Shown: positions 1-10,301 of the stretch, in pieces
Position numbering within the stretch: position 1 is the stretch's first letter
Layout of the letters: each line of letters begins with the position of its first letter
From: an uncultured Actinomycetota bacterium
GTDB taxonomy: Bacteria; Actinomycetota; Actinomycetes; Mycobacteriales; SCTD01
NCBI GenBank assembly: GCA_963806415.1
Contig: CAWDYD010000005.1
Span: 2,326,115-2,390,114 of the forward strand
Length of the DNA stretch: 64,000 nt
Direction: 5' to 3'
Position numbers and translations under genes: made by a program
The notes under the pieces: model-generated
What the model saw: only the letters and a program-made list of their open reading frames with translations
Told to the model about the DNA's origin: nothing
The model's database searches: none

Positions 1-242
1 GCGTCCGGGAGCGGGTCGCCGCGTACGCCGAGCTCGCCGCGCCCGGCCAGCCCGGCCTGCGTGTCCGGTCGCGTCGAGGACGGCACACGGCGGTCGTCAT
101 CGCCAGCCGTACCGTGCCGCTGCCGTTCGGCGGCTGGCTCGACCGGCCGCCGTGGATCTGACCGCCGAGGCCCGCGCCCGCTCGCCGCTGGTCGCGACCG
201 GCTGAACGCCGGCGCGAGCGCCTCGCCGGCTCGCCCTGACCG

Positions 243-287
243 GGTGGACGGGTCCGCCCGCCGGCCGCAGTGGCCGCGGCGTCCACC
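243..287. repeat. 8-bp inverted repeat GGTGGACG / CGTCCACC separated by 29 nt in an apparently non-coding GC-rich tract
   Basis: Read directly: ggtggacg at 243-250 and cgtccacc at 280-287. Near-identical arms (GGCGTCCAC / GTGGACGCC) recur at 13534-13603. Confidence 0.5.
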
Positions 288-635
288 TCGCCAGGGCTGG
301 CCCGCGCACCAGGCGCACGCGGTGCCGGCGGCTACCCGTGACGCGAGCTGGACGGCGAAAGCTCGGCCGGCGGCCGCGGCTCAGGACCGGGGCCGCGGCC
401 TGGAGGCCCTGCTGGGCTGGTCGCCGTCGCCTCGGCCGGTCCGCCCAGGTGCGTGGTCGAGCCGAGCCAGGCCACGTGGCCGGGGCGTCCGCCTCGGCCG
501 GGTGGCGAGCGCGCCGCGCGCCCGCCGGACTCGCCGGCGGCGCGCGAGCTGGACGCCGGAATGCCGGGCGCCCGCCCAGCGGCCGGCCGCGAGATCCTGT
601 GCAGGCCGTACCAGCCCGCCGGCCGCGCGCCTCCG

Positions 636-796
636 CTTCGTCACGTCACCCGGAGCCTCCTGCGGCGTGAGCCGCGTCACCAAGGCCCGCGGAGGCCGGG
701 GAACCCGCGTCCCCTTCGTCACGTCACCCAAGCCCCCCGCGGACTGCACCTACGAAGGGGAAGCCCCGCCCGCCGGCGAAGGCCCCGCCCGCCGGC
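636..796. repeat. cluster of short direct and inverted repeats upstream of prfB
   Basis: Exact 16-nt direct repeat cttcgtcacgtcaccc at 636-651 and 714-729. 9-bp inverted repeat ccccttcgt (711-719) / acgaagggg (752-760). Tandem gaagccccgcccgccggc (760-777) / gaaggccccgcccgccggc (778-796). Confidence 0.7.
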
Positions 797-870
797 AGAC
801 CGCCGCCCCGAGCGGACCCCGACCGTCGACCGACCCACGAGCCCACCCCCGGCGACTAGGCTCGTCGCTC

Positions 871-1995
<1,125 letters not shown>

Positions 1996-2013
1996 CCGGC
2001 GGACGTCCCGGGT

Positions 2014-2178
2014 TCAGACCAGCGCGAGCAGCAGCAGCAGCACGAGCAGGGCGGCCAGCAGGAACGGCCCGGCCGGCAACGTCGGGCGCAGCTCCTCCCG
2101 GGACGCCCGGCAGGTCGCGCAGCGGGCCTCGCCGACGCGACCGCCGCAGGCGGCGCAGAGCAGGTCGTCGCTGCGCAT
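2014..2178 (-). CDS. small (54 aa) zinc-ribbon-like, C-terminally membrane-anchored hypothetical protein
   Basis: Below the ORF-track cutoff. ATG at 2178 is preceded by GGAGG about 8 nt upstream. Translation: [54 protein letters not shown]. It has two CxxC pairs plus a hydrophobic tail, with G/C at nearly every third codon position, as in the real genes here. Confidence 0.55.
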   Translation of the reverse strand: MRSDDLLCAACGGRVGEARCATCRASREELRPTLPAGPFLLAALLVLLLLLALV

Positions 2179-2269
2179 CCCAACCCCTCCGTCGTTCCGG
2201 TCCCGGACTACCAGTCTGGACTACCCGGCGCCGGCCCGCCTCCCCCGAACGGGCCTACACTCGGACCCC

Positions 2270-2963
2270 GTGATCCGCCTCGAGCACGTCACCAAGACCT
2301 ACCCCACGAGCACCCGGCCGGCGCTCGACGACGTCACGGTGGAGATCGACAAGGGCGAGTTCGTCTTCCTCGTCGGCTCGTCGGGCTCGGGCAAGTCGCA
2401 CGTTCCTGCGGCTGCTGCTCAAGGAGGAGTCGCCGACCGCGGGCACGCGTGCACGTCGCCGGCAAGGACCTCGCCAAGCTGTCGCAACTGGAAGGTGCCG
2501 GCGCTGCGCCGCTCGATCGGCTGCGTGTTCCAGGACTTCCGGCTGCTGCCGAACAAGACCGTCTCCCAGAACGTGGCGTTCGCGCTCGAGGTGATCGGCA
2601 AGCCCCGGTCGCACCGTCAACCGGCGGTACCCGAGGTGCTCGAGCTGGTCGGGCTCGAGGGCAAGGGCCGACCGCATGCCGGACGAGCTGTCCGGCGGCG
2701 AGCAGCAGCGGGTGGCGGTGGCCCGGGCGTTCGTCAACCGGCCCGCACTGATCCTCGCCGACGAGCCGACCGGCAACCTCGACCCGGGCACCAGCGTCGG
2801 CATCATGAAGCTGCTCGACCGCATCAACCGCACCGGCACCACGGTGGTGATGGCCACCCACGACGCCGCGATCGTCGACTCGATGCGCCGCCGCGTCGTC
2901 GAGCTCGACGACGGCCGGATCGTCCGCGACCAGACCCGCGGCGTCTACGGCTACGGCGTCTGA
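2270..2963 (+). pseudogene. ftsE: cell division ATP-binding protein FtsE; several single-base insertions as sequenced
   Basis: [23 protein letters not shown] (Walker A), [66 protein letters not shown] (signature plus Walker B). Fragments lie in different frames, with breaks near 2400, 2445, 2490, 2610 and 2665. Position between prfB and ftsX fits. Confidence 0.85.
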
Positions 2964-3009
2964 GCGCCCCCGACCTCCCGCCCCGCAGCTCTCGCAGGAA
3001 GAAGCCCCC

Positions 3010-3885
3010 ATGCGCGCCCGCACGTCCTCAGCGAGATCGTCATCGGCCTGCGCCGCAACCTCATCATGACCATCGCCGTCGTCGTCACGGTCGCGGTCTC
3101 CCTGGCCTTCGTCGGCACCGCGTTCCTGGTCTCGCCGCAGGTCGAGATCCGGAAGGACTTCGTACGACCAGGTCGAGGTCTCGGTCTTCCTCACCGACGA
3201 GGTGACGGACGCCCAGCGCACCGACATCGCCACCTCGCTGGAGGCGATGCCGCAGGTCGAGGAGGTCTTCTACGAGACCCAGGAGGAGGCCTACGAGCAC
3301 TTCCAGCGAGCAGTTCCCCGACCCGCCCGACCTGGTCGAGAACGTCACGCGGACGCCCTGCCGGAGTCCTTCCGGGTCAAGCTGAACGACCCGACGCAGT
3401 TCGAGGTCGTCGCGGAGGCCTTGCAGGGCCGCCCGGGGTCGGGGAGGTCGAGGACGACCGCGACTGCTCGACGACCTCTTCGCGTCCTCAAGGGGCTGCG
3501 GGACGCGGCCCTGGTCATCGCCGTGGTGCAGCTCGTCGCGGCGACCCTGCTGATCGGCAACACGATCCGGGTCGCGGCGTTCAGCCGCCGCCGGGAGACC
3601 GGGATCATGCGCCTGGTCGGCGCGAGCAAGCTCTACATCCAGCTGCCGTTCCTGCTGGAGGGGATGCTCGCCGGGCTGGTCGGCGCCGGCCTCGGGCTGG
3701 GGCTGATCTTCGCCGGCAAGATGCTGGTCCTCGACCGGACCCTGCGGCCGCTGTTCCGCAGCGGGGTGATCCCGTCGGTGACGACCGACGACATCCTGGC
3801 CATCTCGCCGTACCTGCTGGCGATCGGCGTGGGCATCAGCGGGCTCGCCTCGCTCGTCACCTTGCGGCGCTACATCAAGGTCTGA
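3010..3885 (+). pseudogene. ftsX: cell division permease-like protein FtsX; frameshifted as sequenced
   Basis: [37 protein letters not shown], then TDAQRTDIATSLEAMPQVEEVFYETQEEAYEHFQ, then LRDAALVIAVVQLVAATLLIGNTIRVAAFSRRRETGIMRLVGASKLYIQLPFLLEGMLAGLVGAGL. This is the typical FtsX topology and follows ftsE. There are at least four frame switches. Confidence 0.8.
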
Positions 3886-3907
3886 CGGCCGGCCGTAGGA
3901 TGGGCAG

Positions 3908-4427
3908 GTGAAGGGACCGGAGCTGGGCACCAAGGGCGCTCCGACCAAGCTCATCGCGCAGAACAAGAAGGCGCGGCACGACTACGCGATCGAGGACACC
4001 TTCGAGGCCGGGCATCGTGCTGACCGGCACCGAGGTCAAGTCGCTGCGGCAGGGCCGGGCCTCGCTGGTCGACGCGCTACGCCGACGATCCAGCGACGGC
4101 GAGGCCTGGCTGCATCGGCGTGCACATCCCGGAGTACACCGAGGGCACCTGGAACAACCACGCCCCGCGCCGGGTCCGCAAGCTGCTGCTGCACAAGGCC
4201 GAGATCAGCAAGCTGATCGGCAAGACCAAGGAGAGCGGCGCTGCGCTGGTCCCGCTTCGCTGTACTTCAAGGACGGCCGGGCCAAGGTCGAGATCGCGCT
4301 GGCCCGGGGCCGCAAGTCGCACGACAAGCGGCAGGCGATGGCCGAGCGCGACGCCGCCAAGGAGATCCGGAACGCGATGGGTCGCAACGCCAAGGGGATG
4401 CGTGCCGAGCGCCGACGCGGTCGCTGA
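3908..4427 (+). pseudogene. smpB: SsrA-binding protein SmpB; frameshifted as sequenced
   Basis: [22 protein letters not shown] / [19 protein letters not shown] / [38 protein letters not shown] / [25 protein letters not shown] lie in three frames. Conserved position after ftsX. Confidence 0.85.
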
Positions 4428-5325
4428 CGTCGCCGCCGAGGCGGCCCAGGTACGGGCGGTGTGGCAGCGCCTCGGGCTGCCCGGCCTGGTCGACGTGCAC
4501 GTGCACTTCATGCCGCAGAACGTGATGGACAAGGTCTGGGCCTACTTCGACGGCGCCGGCCCGCTGCTCGGCACGTCCTGGCCGATCGCCTACCGCGGTG
4601 ACGAGGCCGACCGGCTGGCCCGGCTGCGCGCGATGGGCGTGCGGTGCTTCCCGTCGCTGCTCTACCCGCACAAGCCGGCGATGGCCGAGCTGGCTGAACG
4701 CCTGGGCCGCGGAGTTCGCCGCGGCGAGCACGACGACGTGCTGTCGCACCGCGACGTTCTTCCCCGAGCCGACGGCGCCGAGCGCTACGTCGCGCGGGCG
4801 CTCGACGGCGGCGCCCGGCTGTTCAAGGCGCACGTCCAGGTCGGGGCGTACGACCCGCGCGACCCGCTGCTCGACGGGGTGTGGGGCCAGCTCGCCGACG
4901 CGCGGCGTGCCGGTCGTCGTGCACTGCGGCAGCGGGCCGGCGCCGGGGCCGTTCACCGGGCCGGGGCCGTTCGCCGAGGTGCTGGCCCGCCACCCCCGGC
5001 TGATCGCGGTGATCGCGCACATGGGGATGCCGGAGTACGCCGAGTTCCTCGCGCTGGCCGAGCGCGTACGACCGGGTGCACCTGGACACCACGATGGCGT
5101 TCACCGACTTCACCGAGGCCGCTGATGCCCTTCGCCGCCCGAGCTGCGGCCGCGTGCTCGCCGACCTGGGCGACCGGGTGCTGCTCGGCACGCGACTTCC
5201 CGAACACGCCGTACCCGTACGTCCACCAGCTCGACGCGCTGGAGCGGCTCGAGCTCGGCGACGACTGGCTGCGCGCGGTCCTGCACGACAACGGCGCGCG
5301 GCTGCTGGGCCTGGAGACGACATGA
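4402..5325 (+). pseudogene. amidohydrolase family protein; frameshifted as sequenced
   Basis: [70 protein letters not shown], later [59 protein letters not shown]. This metal-dependent hydrolase pattern is split over frames. The start (GTG 4402) is uncertain. Confidence 0.7.
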
Positions 5326-5883
5326 GCACCCCGACGTACCTGCTGGTCGACGGCGAGAACATCGACGCGACGCTGGGCAACCACCTGCTCGGCGGGCGCC
5401 GGCCGACCGCCGAGGAGCGGCCCCGCTGGGAGCGGGTGCGCACCTTCGCCGGCTCGACCTGGGAGCAGGACGTCAAGGCGTTGTTCTTCCTCAACGCCAG
5501 CTCGGGGAACCTGCCGATGGCGTTCGTGCAGGCGCTGATGGCGCTGGACTACCGGCCGATCCCGCTGTCCGGCAGCGCCGGGGGAGAAGGTCGTCGACAT
5601 CGGCATCCAGCGCACCCTGGACGCGCTGGTCGGCCGGCCCGGCGACGTGCTGCTGGCCAGCCACGACGGCGACTTCCTGCCGCACATCGAGGCGCTGCTG
5701 GACGGCACCCGCAAGGTCGGGGTGGTGGGCTTCCGGGAGTACCTGTCGTCGGGTTACACCGCGCTGGCCGGCAAGGGCCTGGAGATCTTCGACCTCGAGG
5801 ACGACACCCGCTGCTTCACCGTCGCGCTGCCGCGGGTCCGGATCATCCCGCTCGCGTCGTTCGACCCGCTGCGCTACCTCTAG
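5322..5883 (+). pseudogene. NYN/LabA-like domain protein (putative RNase fold); one frameshift near 5580
   Basis: [74 protein letters not shown], then (other frame) VVDIGIQRTLDALVGRPGDVLLASHDGDFLPHIEALLDGTRKVGVVGF. The ATG overlaps the stop of the upstream gene. Confidence 0.7.
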
Positions 5884-5943
5884 CGGGGCTCGCGGGAAGC
5901 GGCCTGCGCGCGGTAGCGTTGTCCCTGTTCACACGCACCACGA

Positions 5944-6312
5944 GGGGGTGACAGGTCTCGACTCCGGATGTCGAGGCAGGGGAAGCGGGCCGAGGAAGGC
6001 AGCGATGATCTCGTTAACCAATAATGCTGCACAACAAACAAGCGCCGACAACAGTCCGCGCGCCCAGCACTACGCCCTCGCGGCTTAGTAGCTGAGCTGT
6101 CAGCCTGAGAGCGCCTCCGGCTCAGGACCTGGCATCGACAGGAGGACCACCACCCGTCACGGCCACGGGGGCGGGTGGTGAACTCACGTGGCTGAGCCCG
6201 TTCCCGGGTTGCTGGTGGCACCGGGAGGGCCGAGAAAAGCACAGCCAGCTGCGCCCGGAGAAGCCCTGCTGCGGTACCGGAGGACGCGGGTTCGATTCCC
6301 GCCACCTCCACC
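5944..6312 (+). ncRNA. ssrA: tmRNA (transfer-messenger RNA)
   Basis: 5' GGGGGUG pairs with 3' CACCUCC followed by ACC. T-arm GGGTTCGATTCCC. Tag reading frame gcc gac aac agt ccg cgc gcc cag cac tac gcc ctc gcg gct tag tag = ADNSPRAQHYALAA with a double stop. Overall layout matches actinobacterial tmRNAs, and it lies downstream of smpB. Confidence 0.92.
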
Positions 6313-6354
6313 TCGTGATCGCGACGTCGCGAGCACGCGCTCACGAACGACGTC

Positions 6355-6386
6355 GAAGGGCCTGCCGGCCACCCGGCAGGCCCTTC
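6355..6386 (+). terminator. intrinsic-terminator-like hairpin after tmRNA
   Basis: Perfect 14-bp stem gaagggcctgccgg (6355-6368) / ccggcaggcccttc (6373-6386) with loop ccac. No U-tract follows, which is common in high-GC actinobacteria. Confidence 0.7.
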
Positions 6387-6398
6387 GGCGTACCCGGT

Positions 6399-7070
6399 GT
6401 GGACTGGCACGGGCACGACGCGGCGTTGTTCGAGGGAACGGAGCGCTTCTTCCGGCCGGGATACGTGATGAACCTGGTGTCGTCCTGGATCCCCGCCCTC
6501 GACGGCGTCGCCGACAAGCTGCACGCCGGAGCCACCGTGGCGGACGTGGGGTGCGGGCACGGCGCCTCGACGCTGCTGCTGGGCAGCTCCTACCCGGCCT
6601 CGACGGTCACCGGCTTCGACTACCACGGACCCTCCATCGAGGCCGCGCGCCGACGGGCCGCCGACGCGGGCCTGGCCGGCCGGGTGTCCTTCGAGGTGGC
6701 AGCGGCAGCGGACTTCCCCGGCGCCGACTACGACCTGGTCGCCATCTTCGACGCCCTGCACGACATGCCCGACCCGCTGGGCGCCGCCCGGCACATCCGC
6801 GAGTCCCTGGCGCCCGGTGGCACGTTCCTGCTCGTCGAGCCGTACGCCACGGACACGGTCGAGGGCAACCTCACCCCGGTCGGTCGCCTGTTCTACTCGG
6901 CGTCGACGACCATCTGCGTGCCGCACTCGATGACCGAGGACCCCCGGACCGCACTCGGCGCGCAGGCGGGAGAGGCGCGGCTCACCGAGCTGCTGGGGGA
7001 GGCCGGGTTCACCCGGGTCCGCCGCGCGACCGAGACGCCCTTCAACCTCGTGCTGGAGGCCCGTCCCTGA
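6399..7070 (+). CDS. class I SAM-dependent methyltransferase, apparently lacking the N-terminal domain of its family
   Basis: DWHGHDAALFEGTERFFRPGYVMNLVSSWIPALDGVADKLHAGATVADVGCGHGASTLLLG (SAM motif I), DLVAIFDALHDMPDP. The similarity begins immediately after the tmRNA terminator. The first in-frame start after it is GTG 6399. Confidence 0.75.
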   Translation: MDWHGHDAALFEGTERFFRPGYVMNLVSSWIPALDGVADKLHAGATVADVGCGHGASTLLLGSSYPASTVTGFDYHGPSIEAARRRAADAGLAGRVSFEVAAAADFPGADYDLVAIFDALHDMPDPLGAARHIRESLAPGGTFLLVEPYATDTVEGNLTPVGRLFYSASTTICVPHSMTEDPRTALGAQAGEARLTELLGEAGFTRVRRATETPFNLVLEARP

Positions 7071-7118
7071 ACCGGCGCCGCCGCGGGTCCCGCAGGCGCG
7101 GAGCCCCTCGCGTCCGGG

Positions 7119-8314
7119 TCACACCTTCCCGCGCAGGATCCGGCGCCAGTACAGCCGACGGCAGGACGTAGCGGTCGAGGAACCACAGCGCACGGCGGGG
7201 CTTGGCCAGGTCGAGCCAGCCGCGCCGACGGGGTCGGGCGCCCGTCGCGGTCGACCTCGGCGAGCATCAGCTTGTGGCGGCCGACGGTGACCGGCATGAC
7301 CGTGTACCCGTCGTACTCGCTGCATCGAACCGCCGTCGCGGGCGGCGGCGAGGTTGCTCGACAGGATCGTCGACCTGCGGCCGCAGCGCCGCCGCCCGAG
7401 GAGCGGGTCGCGCAGGTCCGCGGCGTCGCCGAGCGCCCAGATCGACCCGTGCCGGCGGTGGCGCAGCGTGGCGGGGTCGATGTCGACGAGCCCCGGCGCC
7501 GGGTCGGCGGCCAGGCCGCTGTCGGCGATCCAGCGGGGGGCCCGGTAGTGCGGGACGGCGTGCGCGAAGTCGAGGTCGGCGAGCACCCGCCGGCCGGTGG
7601 GGGTCGCCACCGTGACCGCCCGGCCGTCCGGGTCGACCTCGCTCGATGCGGGCCTCGCGCAGCACCTCGACGCCGTAGGACGGCGAAGAAGCTGCTCGAG
7701 CCGCTCGTCGGCCTCCGGCAGGCCCGTCGCGGTCGCCTCGGGCAGCACCAGCCGGACGTCGATGTCGCCCAGCACGCCGGCGCGCCGCCAGTGGTCGCAC
7801 GCCATGAACAGCGGCTTGAGCGCGGTCGGGGCGCAGGGCGCGGGCTCCGGGGGCACGCTGAAGACCACCGAGCCGGAGCGCAGCGCCCTCACCCGCGGCC
7901 AGACCTGCGGAGCCGAGCCCGGCACGTAGGTGGAGGCCGACCCAGCCGTCGAGGTACGCCTCCCGCAGCCCCGGCGTCGCCTCCCAGTCCTCGACCATGC
8001 CCGGGCACAGGACCAGCGTCGACCAGTGCAGCGTGCGCCCGCCGCGGGTACGCACCGTGCGAGGCGGACGGGTCGACGGCGACGACGCTGTCCCGGACCC
8101 AGGCGCAGCCGTCCGGCATCACGTCGCGCATGGGACGGTCCAGGTCGGACATCGACGCCTCGCCGGCACCGACGTAGTTCAGCAGCGGGCGGTACCGGTG
8201 CACCGGCTGCGGGGCCACCACGGTGACGCCGGTGGCGCCGTCCCGGAGCAGGCGAGCGGCCAGGGAGATGCCGGCGTTGCCGCCGCCGACGATCAGCACC
8301 TCGTGGTGCTCCAT
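7119..8314 (-). pseudogene. NAD(P)/FAD-dependent oxidoreductase (sulfide:quinone oxidoreductase / NDH-2-like); frameshifted as sequenced
   Basis: MEHHEVLIVGGGNAGISLAARLLRDGATGVTVVAPQPVHRYRPLLNYVGAG (Rossmann GxGxxG), WSTLVLCPGMVEDWEATPGLREAY, GSIWALGDAADL, MPVTVGRHKLMLAEVDRDGRP and a C-terminal YWRRILRGKV, spread over three frames. Confidence 0.75.
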
Positions 8315-8500
8315 GCCCGCTCCCCGCTGTGCCGCCGACGTCAGGTCCGACGCCGACTCTCGCCCGGGTCGGTGCCGTCCGCCACTCCGCACGACAGGCG
8401 CGCCGGCGACCGGGGCGGTCGAGCCCGCCTGCGCGGCCGACGACGCCCGTCCGCCGCGCGGGCCTTCCGCCGCGCCCCCGGCGCTGCCACGATCGAGCGC

Positions 8501-9052
8501 ATGACCAGCCCGCCCGCTCCGTTCGAAGGCTGCGTGTTCGTCGGGCTCAGCGTGGACAACTTCCTCGCCCGCCCGGACGGCGACCTGTCCTGGCTGACCA
8601 GTCGCGGCGAGGCCGCCGGCGACGTCGGCTTCGACACGTTCCTGCGCGGCGTCGACGCCCTCGTCATGGGTCGCGGCACGTACGACGTCATCCGGGACTA
8701 CGACCCGTGGCCGTACCTGGACCGCCCGGTGCACGTCCTGAGCCGCACCCTGACGCCCGGTGACGACCCGCGGATGCAGGTGCACCGCGACCTCGGGCAG
8801 GCGGTCGAGGCGCTCGCCGCCGCGGGCGCCCGCCGCGTGTACGTCGACGGCGGCCAGACCGTACGGGCGTTCCTGGCCGCCGGGCTGGTCACGGAGATGA
8901 CGCTCTCGCACGTGCCGGTGCTGATCGGGCAGGGGGCGCCGCTGTTCGGGCCGTTGCCGGCGGACGTGCCGCTCGAGCACGTGCGCACCGAGCTGCTCGA
9001 CGGCGGGATGGTCCAGACGACCTACCGGGTCCTGCCGGCCGGGACCGGCTGA
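8501..9052 (+). CDS. dihydrofolate reductase family protein (RibD C-terminal domain type)
   Basis: Intact ORF: FVGLSVDNFLARPDGDLSWL..FDTFLRGVDALVMGRGTYD..RRVYVDGGQTVRAFLAAGLVTEMTLSHVPVLIGQGAPLF. Confidence 0.8.
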   Translation: MTSPPAPFEGCVFVGLSVDNFLARPDGDLSWLTSRGEAAGDVGFDTFLRGVDALVMGRGTYDVIRDYDPWPYLDRPVHVLSRTLTPGDDPRMQVHRDLGQAVEALAAAGARRVYVDGGQTVRAFLAAGLVTEMTLSHVPVLIGQGAPLFGPLPADVPLEHVRTELLDGGMVQTTYRVLPAGTG

Positions 9053-9066
9053 CCGCTCCGGGCGCT

Positions 9067-9681
9067 TTGCCGCATCGTGACTCGACGTTTCGTCCGTCGT
9101 CACGGCAGTCTGACCGGGTGCCCACCCGCTCTGCGCCCGGCCGCCCGCCAGTCCTGGCCGCCGCCCGCGCCCTGCTCGCCGAGCAGGGCGTCGGCGGCGT
9201 GTCGATCGACGCGGTCGCGCGCCGCGCCGGGGTAGCCCGTTCCACGGTCTACCGGCACTTCCGCGACCGGGCCGAGCTGCTCGCCGCGGCGATCGACGAG
9301 CTGACCCCGCCACCGCCCCGGGTCCCGGAGGACACCGTCCGGGACGACCTGCGGACGCTGTGCGCCGGGCTCGCCGCGGCGCTGCAGAGCTCGACGTGGA
9401 GCGCGCTCGTCCCGGCGCTGCTGCAGGCGACCGACAACGACGCGCGGTACGGCCAGGCGTACGCCGCGGCGGCCGAGCGGCGCCAGCGGGACTTCCTCGA
9501 CGCGGTAGAGCGCGGCGTCTCCCGGGGTGAGCTGCCGCCGGGCACCGACGGGGAGCTGGTCGCCGACCTGCTGGCCGGGGCGGTGTACTACCGGCGGCTG
9601 GTCAGCCGGGTCGAGACCGACGACGCCTTCCTCGACGCGGCGGTGGACGCCGTGCTCGCCGCGTGCCGGGCCGGGAGCTGA
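9067..9681 (+). CDS. TetR/AcrR family transcriptional regulator
   Basis: N-terminal HTH: LAAARALLAEQGVGGVSIDAVARRAGVARSTVYRHFRDRAELLAAAI. An alternative in-frame GTG start at 9118 is at least as likely. Confidence 0.85.
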   Translation: MPHRDSTFRPSSRQSDRVPTRSAPGRPPVLAAARALLAEQGVGGVSIDAVARRAGVARSTVYRHFRDRAELLAAAIDELTPPPPRVPEDTVRDDLRTLCAGLAAALQSSTWSALVPALLQATDNDARYGQAYAAAAERRQRDFLDAVERGVSRGELPPGTDGELVADLLAGAVYYRRLVSRVETDDAFLDAAVDAVLAACRAGS

Positions 9682-9703
9682 CCCGGAGCGGGCGGCGCGG
9701 CGC

Positions 9704-10120
9704 CTAGGGCGCCAGCCCCAGCTGCTCGGCGAAGCCCAGCCGGTCCCACAGCAGGTCGTGCTCGACGATGAGGCCGTCGACGACCCGGACGACCTCGGTC
9801 CCGACGATCTCCACGCGCTTGCCCGTCGGGGGCACCTCGCTGCCGTCCGCCTCCACCAGCGGACCCGTGTTGGTGCCGCGCAGCGTCCACTCGCCCAGGT
9901 ACAGGTCCCCGCTCTCGCAGTGCCGTCCGACGGTGACCGTGGCGTCCGGGAACCCGTCGAGCAGGACCTGCACGTACGCCCGGGCCGCGTCGCGTCCCTC
10001 GAAGCGGCCGTCCGGCGTGCGGACCACGACGTCGTCGCCGTACAACGAGGCGAAGCCGGCGGCGTCGCCCTTGCTGTAGTACGCCGAGCCCTCTTCCACG
10101 AGCTGCAGGATCGTCCCCAT
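9704..10120 (-). CDS. SnoaL-like / ester cyclase family protein
   Basis: MGTILQLVEEGSAYYSKGDAAGFASLYGDDVVVRTPDGRFEGRDAARAYVQVLLDGFPDATVTV..LYLGEWTLRGTNTGPL..GKRVEIVGTEVVRVVDGLIVEHDLLWD. ATG at 10120. Confidence 0.75.
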   Translation of the reverse strand: MGTILQLVEEGSAYYSKGDAAGFASLYGDDVVVRTPDGRFEGRDAARAYVQVLLDGFPDATVTVGRHCESGDLYLGEWTLRGTNTGPLVEADGSEVPPTGKRVEIVGTEVVRVVDGLIVEHDLLWDRLGFAEQLGLAP

Positions 10121-10301
10121 GGCTGTCCTCCACTCTCCGGGGCACTGACGGTGGAGACGCGAGGGCGACCCGGTCAACGGCCCGGACGAGCCATTCCGCC
10201 TGACCCGACACGCCACCTGGACGGCGCGCGGGCGCCGGCCTGCCGTCCACAGCGGGCCATCTGCCGCCGCGCCCTGTGACAGCGCTCACTAAGGTCGCCC
10301 C

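Noticed and set aside
1-161. Partial ORFs at the left edge: plus frame VRERVAAYAELAAPGQPGL..VVIASRTVPLPFGGWLDRPPWI ending in TGA at 159-161, or a minus-strand frame leaving the window
   Set aside because: Both strands give codon-bias-compatible frames, as usual for complementary frames in high-GC DNA. No family motif is recognisable in about 50 residues, so strand and product cannot be decided.
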